The notes under the pieces were generated by a model. It saw nothing but the letters and a program-made list of their open reading frames with translations. It did not search any database and had not been told where the DNA came from. The translations under genes were made by a program, and so were the position numbers. DNA of 64,000 bases from Oceanispirochaeta sp. Its GTDB lineage: Bacteria > Spirochaetota > Spirochaetia > DSM-2461. The stretch spans positions 160,001 through 224,000 of the forward strand of contig CAXXOA010000003.1 of assembly GCA_963666275.2 (NCBI GenBank). The letters run 5' to 3'. Below, piece after piece: positions 20,058 through 28,203 of this stretch (its first letter is position 1; every line of letters starts with the position of its first letter).

Positions 20058-20817
20058 AGGTGTGAGCCTTGTATATCTCTTCTATAAGAGTTATGTCGCT
20101 GATATCGTCCAGGTCCTTGAGCTTGTACCGTCTTTTCAGTTTCTGGGCCACCGTAGCCGTGGTCCTTTCCAGGGCGTCTTTGCTCATGGAATCCTTATCA
20201 TTCAGTAAACGTCTGAGAATATAGAGATCCTTTTCTGTGAGTCTGTCCTTTTCCAGAGGTTTGCCGAACAGACGGTGCTCGGTCATGGAAATGGCGGTTT
20301 CAAAATCCGGTTCCTTCAGATTGAATCCGTTATCCACCACTACCAGGGTGCCCACCACAAGGTCTCCCAGCCTCCTGTTCTCCTTCTGCAGGATGGCGAC
20401 GATGCCGCCGAGAATGTTGAACAGGGGAAAAGGAATGGAATCGGCAGACCTCAGGAGATTCCTTATCACCAGAGTCTGGAAATCCAGGCGATCTCCGTTT
20501 CTGGATATGACCCGGATCTGGCAGATCTTCTTTCCCGGGGTCTGGCCGTTCATGAGGGTTTCGAAGAACAGAAAATAGCCCCACTGGAAGAGAAACATCA
20601 GGATATAGAAGACCGCCGCATAATAGAGGTAGCCATCCTCACCGTTACTGATGATTGAAAAGGAATTCAGCCCCCCGATAATAAGAAGGAAAAGCAGAAT
20701 ACCTCCCTGGATAAGACAGTCTATGATATAGGCGGCGGCTCTGGTACCCAGTTCCGCGATGACATATGTGAATCTGATTTTCTCGGGAGTTTCGAGCATC
20801 AGAACCTTTGACTTCAA
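20047..20817 (-). CDS. RDD family protein
   Basis: TPE.I, R.AAYIID, GQTPGK, RNLLR..D, RRLGDLV.GT.VV. Confidence 0.9.
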   Translation of the reverse strand: MKSKVLMLETPEKIRFTYVIAELGTRAAAYIIDCLIQGGILLFLLIIGGLNSFSIISNGEDGYLYYAAVFYILMFLFQWGYFLFFETLMNGQTPGKKICQIRVISRNGDRLDFQTLVIRNLLRSADSIPFPLFNILGGIVAILQKENRRLGDLVVGTLVVVDNGFNLKEPDFETAISMTEHRLFGKPLEKDRLTEKDLYILRRLLNDKDSMSKDALERTTATVAQKLKRRYKLKDLDDISDITLIEEIYKAHTYED

Positions 20818-20853
20818 ATACTTCTCCTAAAAATATTTATGGCGCCTGCTGAG

Positions 20854-21660
20854 TCAGGCCATAAACTCCTGAGCCAGCTGTTCGGTAGCGAACCCTTCTT
20901 TATCCTTCAGGATATTATAATAGATCACATTCATAAAGACCGTGATCAGAGGATATATAAGGGCGTACATAAGAAAATAAAACACCAGGACGATTTTAGT
21001 TATCATCGATATATCGCTGTTTTCAAGATTTTCGATCATACCGGCAATGAATCCGCTGATAGCATGCTGTCCCAGAAACAGGACAAGAGCCATGAGGGCA
21101 TAGACGATTATGATCAGAACAAAGAAAATACCGAATAGTTTCCACTTGTATCCCTTTGTCAGGGTCCAGCTCCTTTTTAGAGACGCTCTGGCGCCTTTGC
21201 CTTCTATGACAAAAACGGTGTAGCTCAGGCTCCAGCCTATCATCAGAATATAGGAGGGGATCACCAGGGCTAGAGCTGCCCCGAGGGTTCCCAGCATAAA
21301 GAGGAGACTCATACCGAGGAAGGGAAAGGTCCTTTTCAGGCTTAAGCTGAAAAGTTCCGAAGGGCTCTCTGTTTTATTCAGATAGAAGTTTGAAGAGATT
21401 CGTATCTGATAAAAGTTGTATGTCAGGAAGAGGATTCCGAAGACAAAGTATCCTGCAAACATGAGGATACCCGAGGGAGACATCTCCGATCCGAGCATCA
21501 TCATGGTAAGGTACTTTGAGTAGAACAGGAATACCAGAACAGCGACTCCTCCGAAAAAAGCAAGTGCCGGATAGAGCAGGGGGAGGAAATTCTGGGTATA
21601 AAGATTGAATGTTTCTCCAAAGAGTGTTCCGATTTTAAAATGCTTTTTAACTTCTGCCAT
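20854..21660 (-). CDS. Integral membrane protein (DUF975/GDPD membrane-domain-like)
   Basis: Multiple TM helices, ASLKRSW.LTKG; paralogue of the adjacent gene (shared KEGFATEQLA). Confidence 0.7.
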   Translation of the reverse strand: MAEVKKHFKIGTLFGETFNLYTQNFLPLLYPALAFFGGVAVLVFLFYSKYLTMMMLGSEMSPSGILMFAGYFVFGILFLTYNFYQIRISSNFYLNKTESPSELFSLSLKRTFPFLGMSLLFMLGTLGAALALVIPSYILMIGWSLSYTVFVIEGKGARASLKRSWTLTKGYKWKLFGIFFVLIIIVYALMALVLFLGQHAISGFIAGMIENLENSDISMITKIVLVFYFLMYALIYPLITVFMNVIYYNILKDKEGFATEQLAQEFMA

Positions 21661-22438
21661 GTTCTTCCTCCAGGAATCCGTCAGCCAGCTGTTCGGTGGC
21701 GAATCCTTCTTTTTCCTTTAATAGATTTATATAGATAACAACGGAAAGCACTGTATACAGGGGCATGAAACAGCTGCTTACCAGCGAATACAGTATATTG
21801 ATCAGAGGCCTGTTCGCTATGGTTCCAGCGATACCGGCAATCTGATCCAGTCCTCCTCCGAAAGTGATGCCGAGGAGTCTGTAGTACACCAGGAGAAGCA
21901 CAAACATCATGATCATCAGAAGGACAAAACAGATAAAAATGGCAAACCGTTTTTTCTTTGTGAGAACCCGGCTTCTCTTCATGGACGCTCTGATGCCCAG
22001 ACCTTCCCGGACCATAACTACAGCGGCAATGCTTCTGGCGGAAAAATAGATGGCTCCGGGAATTATAAGCAGTATGGACCAGAGCATTGAGAATAGAATA
22101 ATCATAAAACTCATAAATCCATAGGGGAATAATCGGGGAAGGAGAGAGGCAATGGCTTCTTTTGCTGCAAACTTTTTATCTTCATACCGGTTCAGTATCG
22201 ATATGGTCAGATAAAAGGAGACGCCGTAGGAGAGGACCAGACTGATAAGAGTGGTCATGAAGGAGACGTACCAGGGAGGCCCTGCGGTACCGAATAAAGA
22301 ATTAAAGAGGGTCTGCAGCTGCCCGAAGGGAAAAAGAATAATCACATAGGGCAGACAGACCAGAAGAAAGTTACTGAAGTAGAAGTTAAAGGTCTCGCCC
22401 AGCACATTGCCGATGGTGAGATATTTTTTTTGCTCCAT
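21647..22438 (-). CDS. Integral membrane protein, tandem paralogue of 20854-21660
   Basis: IG.V.GETFN.Y..NFL N-terminus and KEKEGFATEQLA C-terminus shared. Confidence 0.7.
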   Translation of the reverse strand: MEQKKYLTIGNVLGETFNFYFSNFLLVCLPYVIILFPFGQLQTLFNSLFGTAGPPWYVSFMTTLISLVLSYGVSFYLTISILNRYEDKKFAAKEAIASLLPRLFPYGFMSFMIILFSMLWSILLIIPGAIYFSARSIAAVVMVREGLGIRASMKRSRVLTKKKRFAIFICFVLLMIMMFVLLLVYYRLLGITFGGGLDQIAGIAGTIANRPLINILYSLVSSCFMPLYTVLSVVIYINLLKEKEGFATEQLADGFLEEEHGRS

Positions 22439-22644
22439 TTTCTATACCGTTCCTGCTATTATATTTTTAAAAAAATACACTTATTCTGTATAAGATAGCA
22501 CAGATGAACTATAAGCAACAGTTCATGGATAATTTTTTTTTAGCTTTGGAGAAAAATCTTTTTTATATATTGGACTGTGGGCGGATGTATTGCTGAGGAT
22601 AGAGAATTTCTACTGTGTCAGGTGAATACTGTCATGAAACATTT

Positions 22645-22668
22645 GTTTAAAGCCTCCGGCTACCCGAT
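22645..22668 (+). mobile_element. 3'-terminal remnant (domain VI end) of a group II intron at the first cassette's attC core
   Basis: AAAGCCTCCGGCTACCCGAT identical to the ends of both full introns, followed by TTCTACAG (attC core minus G). Confidence 0.8.
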
Positions 22669-22683
22669 TTCTACAGATTTTTT

Positions 22684-23283
22684 TTAATCAACATTTAGTA
22701 TTATATATCTTTCCAATTTTTTAATGATTGAAAGTCGTCTGTAATATTTGTAATTAATTATAACAGATAGTGGATTTAAAATAATCGGAATCAATATGGT
22801 AATAAAAACAATTCTGAACATGAAGAAAAAATCATTTGCAATTTTATCATTAAAATGAATAAATAATGTTGGGATAATGATTAAAGCTAGTATAGAAGAA
22901 AATATTCGTTTAAATTTATAATCTATATAATTGTTTTCTAATTCAAATAATGCTTTTGCTTTTTTTATATCATTATATTCAATTTTGTGTTTATTAATTT
23001 CTTGCTCAAAGCATTTATAATAGTCCTTAGAATCTGTTTCCCCATAGTCTTCAATCATTTGCTTTTTTATAGCCGTATCAATTAAAAATGTCATTAATAT
23101 TGATATCGAAAAAAATATTACATAGACCAATCGGTCAATAAATATAAATGAGAAAATAAGTGACAATACCATGATTAATAATGGCAGTATTACTTGAATC
23201 AACATATTTTTAGTCTTCATTCGCTTAATAATATCAATTGTAATTAATTTTCTATATAGTTGTTCAATTTCTTTGTCTATCAT
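22684..23283 (-). CDS. Cassette 1 hypothetical membrane protein
   Basis: 199 aa, four hydrophobic segments, GGGAG RBS, AT-rich. Confidence 0.7.
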   Translation of the reverse strand: MIDKEIEQLYRKLITIDIIKRMKTKNMLIQVILPLLIMVLSLIFSFIFIDRLVYVIFFSISILMTFLIDTAIKKQMIEDYGETDSKDYYKCFEQEINKHKIEYNDIKKAKALFELENNYIDYKFKRIFSSILALIIIPTLFIHFNDKIANDFFFMFRIVFITILIPIILNPLSVIINYKYYRRLSIIKKLERYIILNVD

Positions 23284-23352
23284 TTTTTTCTCCCTTTTAT
23301 AGAAAATTCATTTCTTCATCTTTGTTTTGTATTCTAATCGCATTATTTAATC

Positions 23353-23910
23353 TTAGATGAAAAAAATCTGTTGTAAAATAAATCCAGTTGCGATTAGCAA
23401 TATCGCTGGAATAATAATTAAAAATTCTGGAATTAAGGCATAAATAATTATTTTCTTTTTACAATCATATAATACTGAAATCGAATAATACCTTAATAGG
23501 ACTAGATATATCACAGGAATTATATAAAGTACTTTTATGTCGGTAAGATTTATTATATTCCCTATAATTGTATTAACAGAACAAAATGATGCTATCTTCA
23601 GTGCAACATGGAAGTCTCTTTCACAATTAAATCTAGGAGCAAAATAATCAATTACTTTAGCGGCAATATAAATAGTAATAATTCCCATTATATTAAATAT
23701 GGTTGCTTGTAATATACTATTGCTAAGTGAATAACCTTTATAAGGTCCGTAAATATAGATTTTGATAATGCTCAATATGATATTAATTAAGCAAACATAT
23801 ATCAAAAAATCTTTTATAATACTGAAATATGATCCTTCATATTTTTTTAATTTTTGAAACTCGATATATGGGTGAATAATAATTCCCCAAAATGTTTGTA
23901 TGAAAAACAA
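23353..23910 (-). CDS. Cassette 1 Yip1-like membrane protein
   Basis: GIIIHP..EF, AAKVID.FAP.F, ALK pattern; TTG start after GGAGG. Confidence 0.65.
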   Translation of the reverse strand: MFFIQTFWGIIIHPYIEFQKLKKYEGSYFSIIKDFLIYVCLINIILSIIKIYIYGPYKGYSLSNSILQATIFNIMGIITIYIAAKVIDYFAPRFNCERDFHVALKIASFCSVNTIIGNIINLTDIKVLYIIPVIYLVLLRYYSISVLYDCKKKIIIYALIPEFLIIIPAILLIATGFILQQIFFI

Positions 23911-23923
23911 TTATCCCTCCATT

Positions 23924-24038
23924 CTGTAGAACATTCTTTTCATTTGCAGACCGTTAAGCTGGCGTGAAACCTGCCTGCGTAGCAGAAAAGCGGGTTTCAT
24001 GACAGTAGGGCTGACAATTGCAAAAGCATGTTCTACAG
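23924..24038 (-). repeat. attC site (intact, 115 bp)
   Basis: Top strand AAC-atgct-tttGcaattgTcag ... ctgcaaatgaaa-agaat-GTT; two unpaired bases on the R''/L'' arm; 9-bp complementary cores. Confidence 0.88.
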
Positions 24039-24117
24039 CATTATCATCTCCATTCTTCTTAGTTAAAACTAATTATCCTTGATAATATTTGTTACATGGG
24101 TTATATTTTAATTAGTG

Positions 24118-24172
24118 ATACTCATCTACCCATGGTAGAAGGAGCTGAGGGATCGATTAATATTCGGGTCCC
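24118..24172 (-). ncRNA. Candidate DUF3800-associated structured RNA
   Basis: Two tandem hairpins directly after the stop codon: GGGACCCGA..TCGATCCC and CTCCTTCTACC-ATG-GGTAGATGAG; no U-tract on the minus strand. Confidence 0.5.
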
Positions 24173-24177
24173 TTTTT

Positions 24178-24645
24178 TTATGCATTATCATATTTCTTCT
24201 GATAATAACTTTCATTACGGCCTTCATTTACATAAAATGCTGTAGTAAGAAAATATTTCTTCGGTATTTCTTTCAATATAATGAGATAGTGTCCTTTCTT
24301 ATACCAGAAATACGATTTATTTATCACCTTACCCCTTCTATCCATATCTAGTTCATTCCAAGTTAGAATCTCTGGATGAGCAGCATTCTCGATGATCGGT
24401 CTGAGCCAAGGTAGCCTTTTTGCTCTTTTAAAATCAATCAATCTTTCTTCTTTACCTCTCGTGACTACATGCCAGAAACCTTCTTCATAATCAGAGTCAA
24501 TTTTTCTGTTATCTACAATAATAGGTAAAGATTTGAAATATAAACGATTTTTGATTAAATCATTGAAAAATACATCATATAAAGAACTAATCATTTCTTC
24601 AAAGGTTGAATCGAGAACAAGTTTTTCAGGCAAAAAATCAAGCAT
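24178..24645 (-). CDS. Cassette 2 protein resembling phage P1 RlfB / BECR-fold ribonuclease
   Basis: EGFWHVVT, D..RAKRLPW.RPII, YLIIL, FLTTAFY pattern; coupled to a DUF3800 gene. Confidence 0.55.
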   Translation of the reverse strand: MLDFLPEKLVLDSTFEEMISSLYDVFFNDLIKNRLYFKSLPIIVDNRKIDSDYEEGFWHVVTRGKEERLIDFKRAKRLPWLRPIIENAAHPEILTWNELDMDRRGKVINKSYFWYKKGHYLIILKEIPKKYFLTTAFYVNEGRNESYYQKKYDNA

Positions 24646-24647
24646 GT

Positions 24648-25349
24648 TTATATTACCTTTGGAGAAAAATGAAAAAGGTTAAATTTCTGCTCCCAAGGAG
24701 GAGTTGTATATAAGATATTGTAACCAGATTTAGATTTCAAATACTCTGAAACATGTAATTTTGCGGGGCTTGATGACATCCCTTTGTTAATATATGTGAT
24801 CGCTCCCAATAAGAAATCACATAATTGCAATAAATTTGACTCATGAGATCTTATCTGTTGAATTCTGCAAACTTTTTCTTGATTAAAATCATAAAATTTA
24901 TTACTCAAGACATCATGTAACTTATGAACTTTTTGAAATCCTTTTGTATCCTTGATATCTACATATATTTCAAAGCAATCATCAGATTTAACTTCGATAA
25001 TATTTCTTAATAGTTCATAATACATTTTATAATAGAACGTATCATGATTACCATCATTATACTGTTCATGATCTAGATTTTCTTTATTATGTACGATCAA
25101 AGATCTAAAATGTAAATTCTGTTCAGAAAAAAATAAATCAATAAGTCTATAGTAGAAATCGATGTTTTTTATCGATACTTTTGTCCATTTCAATTCACCA
25201 TTACAGTTATGTTGATGTTTTAATGCTTTAATTTTTAAGGATAAATCTCTTACGTTTTCTCTTGGATATTGAATTGCACCAAGAGTCATTATTGGAATAT
25301 GGTCATTTAGAAGATGACAACTCTCATCACAATAAATATTTATATCCAA
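24648..25349 (-). CDS. Cassette 2 DUF3800 domain protein (RNase H-like; P1 RlfA-like)
   Basis: IYCDESCHL, ELKWTKVS, YYKMYY, IRSHES.LLQLCD; TTG start after GGAGGT. Confidence 0.85.
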   Translation of the reverse strand: MDINIYCDESCHLLNDHIPIMTLGAIQYPRENVRDLSLKIKALKHQHNCNGELKWTKVSIKNIDFYYRLIDLFFSEQNLHFRSLIVHNKENLDHEQYNDGNHDTFYYKMYYELLRNIIEVKSDDCFEIYVDIKDTKGFQKVHKLHDVLSNKFYDFNQEKVCRIQQIRSHESNLLQLCDFLLGAITYINKGMSSSPAKLHVSEYLKSKSGYNILYTTPPWEQKFNLFHFSPKVI

Positions 25350-25399
25350 GTAGCACCTCCTCTCTAAATTGCAATTTTACCATTTTCTTCTTTTTTTGT

Positions 25400-25564
25400 C
25401 TGTAGAACGCCCATATATGCTGCTTAGCAGCCTGGCCGAAGGGCAGGTTAGGCGCTTTTATTCCAACTTTATTCTAAAAACCAATTCGTTATTTGAAAAT
25501 AACTAATACTATGTCGAAATTATCTCTGCATGAAATATGAATGCATCATTTGTTTGCTCTATAG
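25400..25564 (-). repeat. Degenerate attC site (R'' core GTT>GCT on + strand)
   Basis: CTGTAGAAC...GCTCTATAG; internal CCTGGCCGAAGG.CAGGT shared with attC at 43935. Confidence 0.65.
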
Positions 25565-25568
25565 TGTT

Positions 25569-25982
25569 TTATATTCCAAGATTCTTGTATTTTTCTAGGT
25601 TTAGGGAGTAGTTCCCGTTTTTTACTTCATTTAGGATTTCAAGATATATAGGTTTAAGTTTACTTGTTTTTGATTTTACAATGTCTCTTTTCACAGAGAA
25701 AATCAAATCATCTTCAAAAGTTGGATCTTTTACTTCACCATTTAGCAATATGCTTGTATACCTTCTTTGAAGATAAGATACTGATTCAGCTTGATTTTCA
25801 TTTTCCCAGCAATGAGTTTCTTTCTGATTATTTGAGATTTCAATTGTTCCAAACTCATAGTTATTTATAATTATTTGAATAACTTCAAATGTATTCTCAA
25901 AATACTTAATTACGATTGAGGATTGAACAAAATCTTTTCTTAATAATTTCTCAAATAGTATTTTTTTAACTTGTTTTCCCAT
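25569..25982 (-). CDS. Cassette 3 hypothetical protein
   Basis: ORF between two attC sites; longer ORF start runs into attC, so ATG 25982 preferred. Confidence 0.55.
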   Translation of the reverse strand: MGKQVKKILFEKLLRKDFVQSSIVIKYFENTFEVIQIIINNYEFGTIEISNNQKETHCWENENQAESVSYLQRRYTSILLNGEVKDPTFEDDLIFSVKRDIVKSKTSKLKPIYLEILNEVKNGNYSLNLEKYKNLGI

Positions 25983-26126
25983 AATCCAATAAACCAAATT
26001 ATTTAATGACTGTTTAGAACCAATAATATATTTATTTTTTTTATTTGTCTGTAGAACGCCCAAATCTGCTGCAGACTAAACCACCCCGGGTTTCCCGGAG
26101 ACACAATTATATGAGAGGATTGTGTT

Positions 26127-26447
26127 ATGGGAAAAAGAATCAGGTATGCTCAAGAAGTTAAAGAGCGGGCAGTTCGGATGGTCTTTGATCATGAAAAAGA
26201 CTATGAATCACGGTGGGCAGCAATAATTTCAATAGCCTCAAAAACCGGGTGTACTCCGGAGTCTCTGAGAAAATGGGTAAAACAAACCGAGATAGACCGT
26301 GGTATCAAGGACGGTATTTCCAGTGAAGACCAGGCAAGAATAAAGGAACTTGAAAGAGAAGTTCGTGAGCTTCGAGAAGCCAATGAGATATTGCGTAAGG
26401 CATCAGCATATTTCGCCCAGGCGGAGCTCGACCGCCGAAAGAAATAA
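26127..26447 (+). CDS. IS3 transposase OrfA
   Basis: HTH, ERAVRMV, ELREANEILRKASAYFAQAELDR. Confidence 0.93.
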   Translation: MGKRIRYAQEVKERAVRMVFDHEKDYESRWAAIISIASKTGCTPESLRKWVKQTEIDRGIKDGISSEDQARIKELEREVRELREANEILRKASAYFAQAELDRRKK

Positions 26448-27352
26448 TGGTCAATTTCATTGATAAGAATAGGGAAGATCATGGAGTCGAGCCTCTCTGT
26501 AAAAATATTCAGATAGCTCCATCAACCTACTACGAAATGAAATCGAGGCAATCAGATCCAGACAAAGAGCCTCCAAGAGTAAAAAGGGATAATCACCTGA
26601 AAGATGAAATCAAACGGGTCTGGTTTGAGAATAGATGTGTATATGGAGCTAAAAAAGTCTGGCAGGCCATGAATAAAGAAGGAATCCCCGTCGCCAGATG
26701 CACTGTAGAGCGTTTAATGCGTGCTATGGGGCTTCGTGGTGTTATTCGTGGTAAGAAAGTCAGGACAACAATTCCGGTGAAAGACAACAGGCCGGATGAT
26801 CTTGTAAATCGGGATTTCACCGCTTCCAGGCCAAACGAGTTGTGGGTGGCTGACTTCACCTACGTTTCCACCTGGAGGGGATTTGTCTATGTAGCTTTCA
26901 TAATCGATGTATTTTCAAGAATGATTGTCGGCTGGCGGGCATCAACGTCAATGAAAACTGATTTCACTCTAGATGCTCTCAATCAGGCATTGTGGGCAAG
27001 GCAGGTAACAGAAAAACTGATTCATCACAGTGATCGTGGGTCTCAATATCTGGCCATTTCCTATACCGAACGATTGATTGAAGCTGGAATTGATCCATCA
27101 GTTGGGAGTAAAGGGGATTCCTACGACAATGCTCTGGCAGAGACAATAAACGGTCTGTATAAGGCTGAAGTCATTCACAAAGATGGCCCCTGGCGTTCGA
27201 TTGAACAGGTAGAACTGGCAACCTTGGACTGGGTGGATTGGTATAATAACAAACGGATCATGGAACCTCTGGGATATATTTCTCCACAAGAGTTTGAAAT
27301 GATGTATTATGAACAGGAAATTAGTCTGGCAGTAACAGCCGGACTCAAGTAA
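26447..27352 (+). CDS. IS3 transposase OrfB (DDE)
   Basis: WVADFTYV, HHSDRGSQY, SYDNALAE. Confidence 0.95.
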   Translation: MVNFIDKNREDHGVEPLCKNIQIAPSTYYEMKSRQSDPDKEPPRVKRDNHLKDEIKRVWFENRCVYGAKKVWQAMNKEGIPVARCTVERLMRAMGLRGVIRGKKVRTTIPVKDNRPDDLVNRDFTASRPNELWVADFTYVSTWRGFVYVAFIIDVFSRMIVGWRASTSMKTDFTLDALNQALWARQVTEKLIHHSDRGSQYLAISYTERLIEAGIDPSVGSKGDSYDNALAETINGLYKAEVIHKDGPWRSIEQVELATLDWVDWYNNKRIMEPLGYISPQEFEMMYYEQEISLAVTAGLK

Positions 27353-27705
27353 ATCTGTCTCCGGGATTCTCGGGGTGGTTCAGACCGTTAAGCTGGCGTG
27401 GTTTGTGCGAATGCAGAAACCATGATCAGTAGGACTGACAGTAGCATTTGCTTGGTACGCCTGACATGGCAATAAACTTATGAGGTGAAAGTCCTCTACA
27501 GCTACCCACGTATAGCAAACATGCTATACCAACTGTTAGCCGACGGCAAGGGCAATTCCGTGAGGAATTGTCTGGAGGAAGCCTGAGTGCAAAACCGGGA
27601 GCCCATGTACAAGAATGTGATAGAAGGCCCAGTTCTGGAGGTGAGTCAGCCAATGATGACGATGCCCCGTGGGTGAGGGATAGGGTAAATCACAGGGTTG
27701 TCCGG

Positions 27706-27747
27706 CCCTGGTCGTAAACTTCGTTTACTGCTCGGGTATGCATCCGA
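27706..27747 (+). repeat. 42-nt mini-element insertion (38 bp + CCGG-type duplication) in intron 1 ribozyme region
   Basis: Absent from intron 2 at the same position; flanked by CCGG/CCGA; homologous to 28440-28481. Confidence 0.75.
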
Positions 27748-27771
27748 GGAAAGTTTATTGTCTTATTCGGG

Positions 27772-27872
27772 AACCGAAAGCCGTTTCGGCTGGAGGTTGT
27801 TATTCAAGCGGCATGGCCGCAACCTTATCGAACACAGATCGAAGCAGCTTGCTGCGTAGAACTTTATTCGGG
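27772..27872 (+). repeat. 101-nt structured indel in intron 1 bounded by 9-bp direct repeats
   Basis: TTATTCGGG at 27763 and 27864; absent from intron 2; contains three hairpins. Confidence 0.75.
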
Positions 27873-28203
27873 GAGATCTGTCTGCAAGGCGGTAACGGCG
27901 GTTTGACCGTGAGAATCCGGAGGATACCGGGGTAACAAATCCAGGCCTATCAGGGGATGACACTCTGATAAGGAGCCGTTTATACGGAACACAAAGAAGT
28001 CGTCACAGCGATTCAAACCGGATGATACAGCGTCAGCAGGAGTAATTCTACTGATAAGCAGACAGAAGTCAGCAGAAGGCATAGTAGCCAACGCCCGGAG
28101 TAATGTCCGGTTCATGGTGAAGGTCTGAACATTTCACAAGGAGGAGCCTGATGGTTCTCAAAGGAACAATTTCAGTTTATGCCGGAATCACTTTTGGCGG
28201 ACC

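Larger units (their letters stand above)
26077..27382 (+). mobile_element. IS3 family (IS51/IS629-like) insertion sequence, 1306 bp
   Basis: IRs TAAACCACCCCGGGTTTCCCGGAGAC / GTCTCCGGGATTCTCGGGGTGGTTCA; 3-bp duplication GAC. Confidence 0.93.
26049..27454 (-). repeat. attC site interrupted by IS3 and by intron 1
   Basis: Removing IS3 restores CTGTAGAACgcccaaatctgctgcagaccgttaagctggcgt...ctgacagtagcatttgcttG, homologous to attC 23924; core completed by TTATCTAGC after intron 1. Confidence 0.85.

Noticed and set aside
23284..23352. Additional attC between the two cassette-1 genes
   Set aside because: Only a weak TAGAA/TTCTA match with no AAC/GTT cores or L boxes; treated as a two-gene cassette or a fully decayed site.
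27426..28115. Small minus-strand ORFs repeated at 30763-31297
   Set aside because: Antisense to the intron ribozyme; repeated only because the intron is duplicated.
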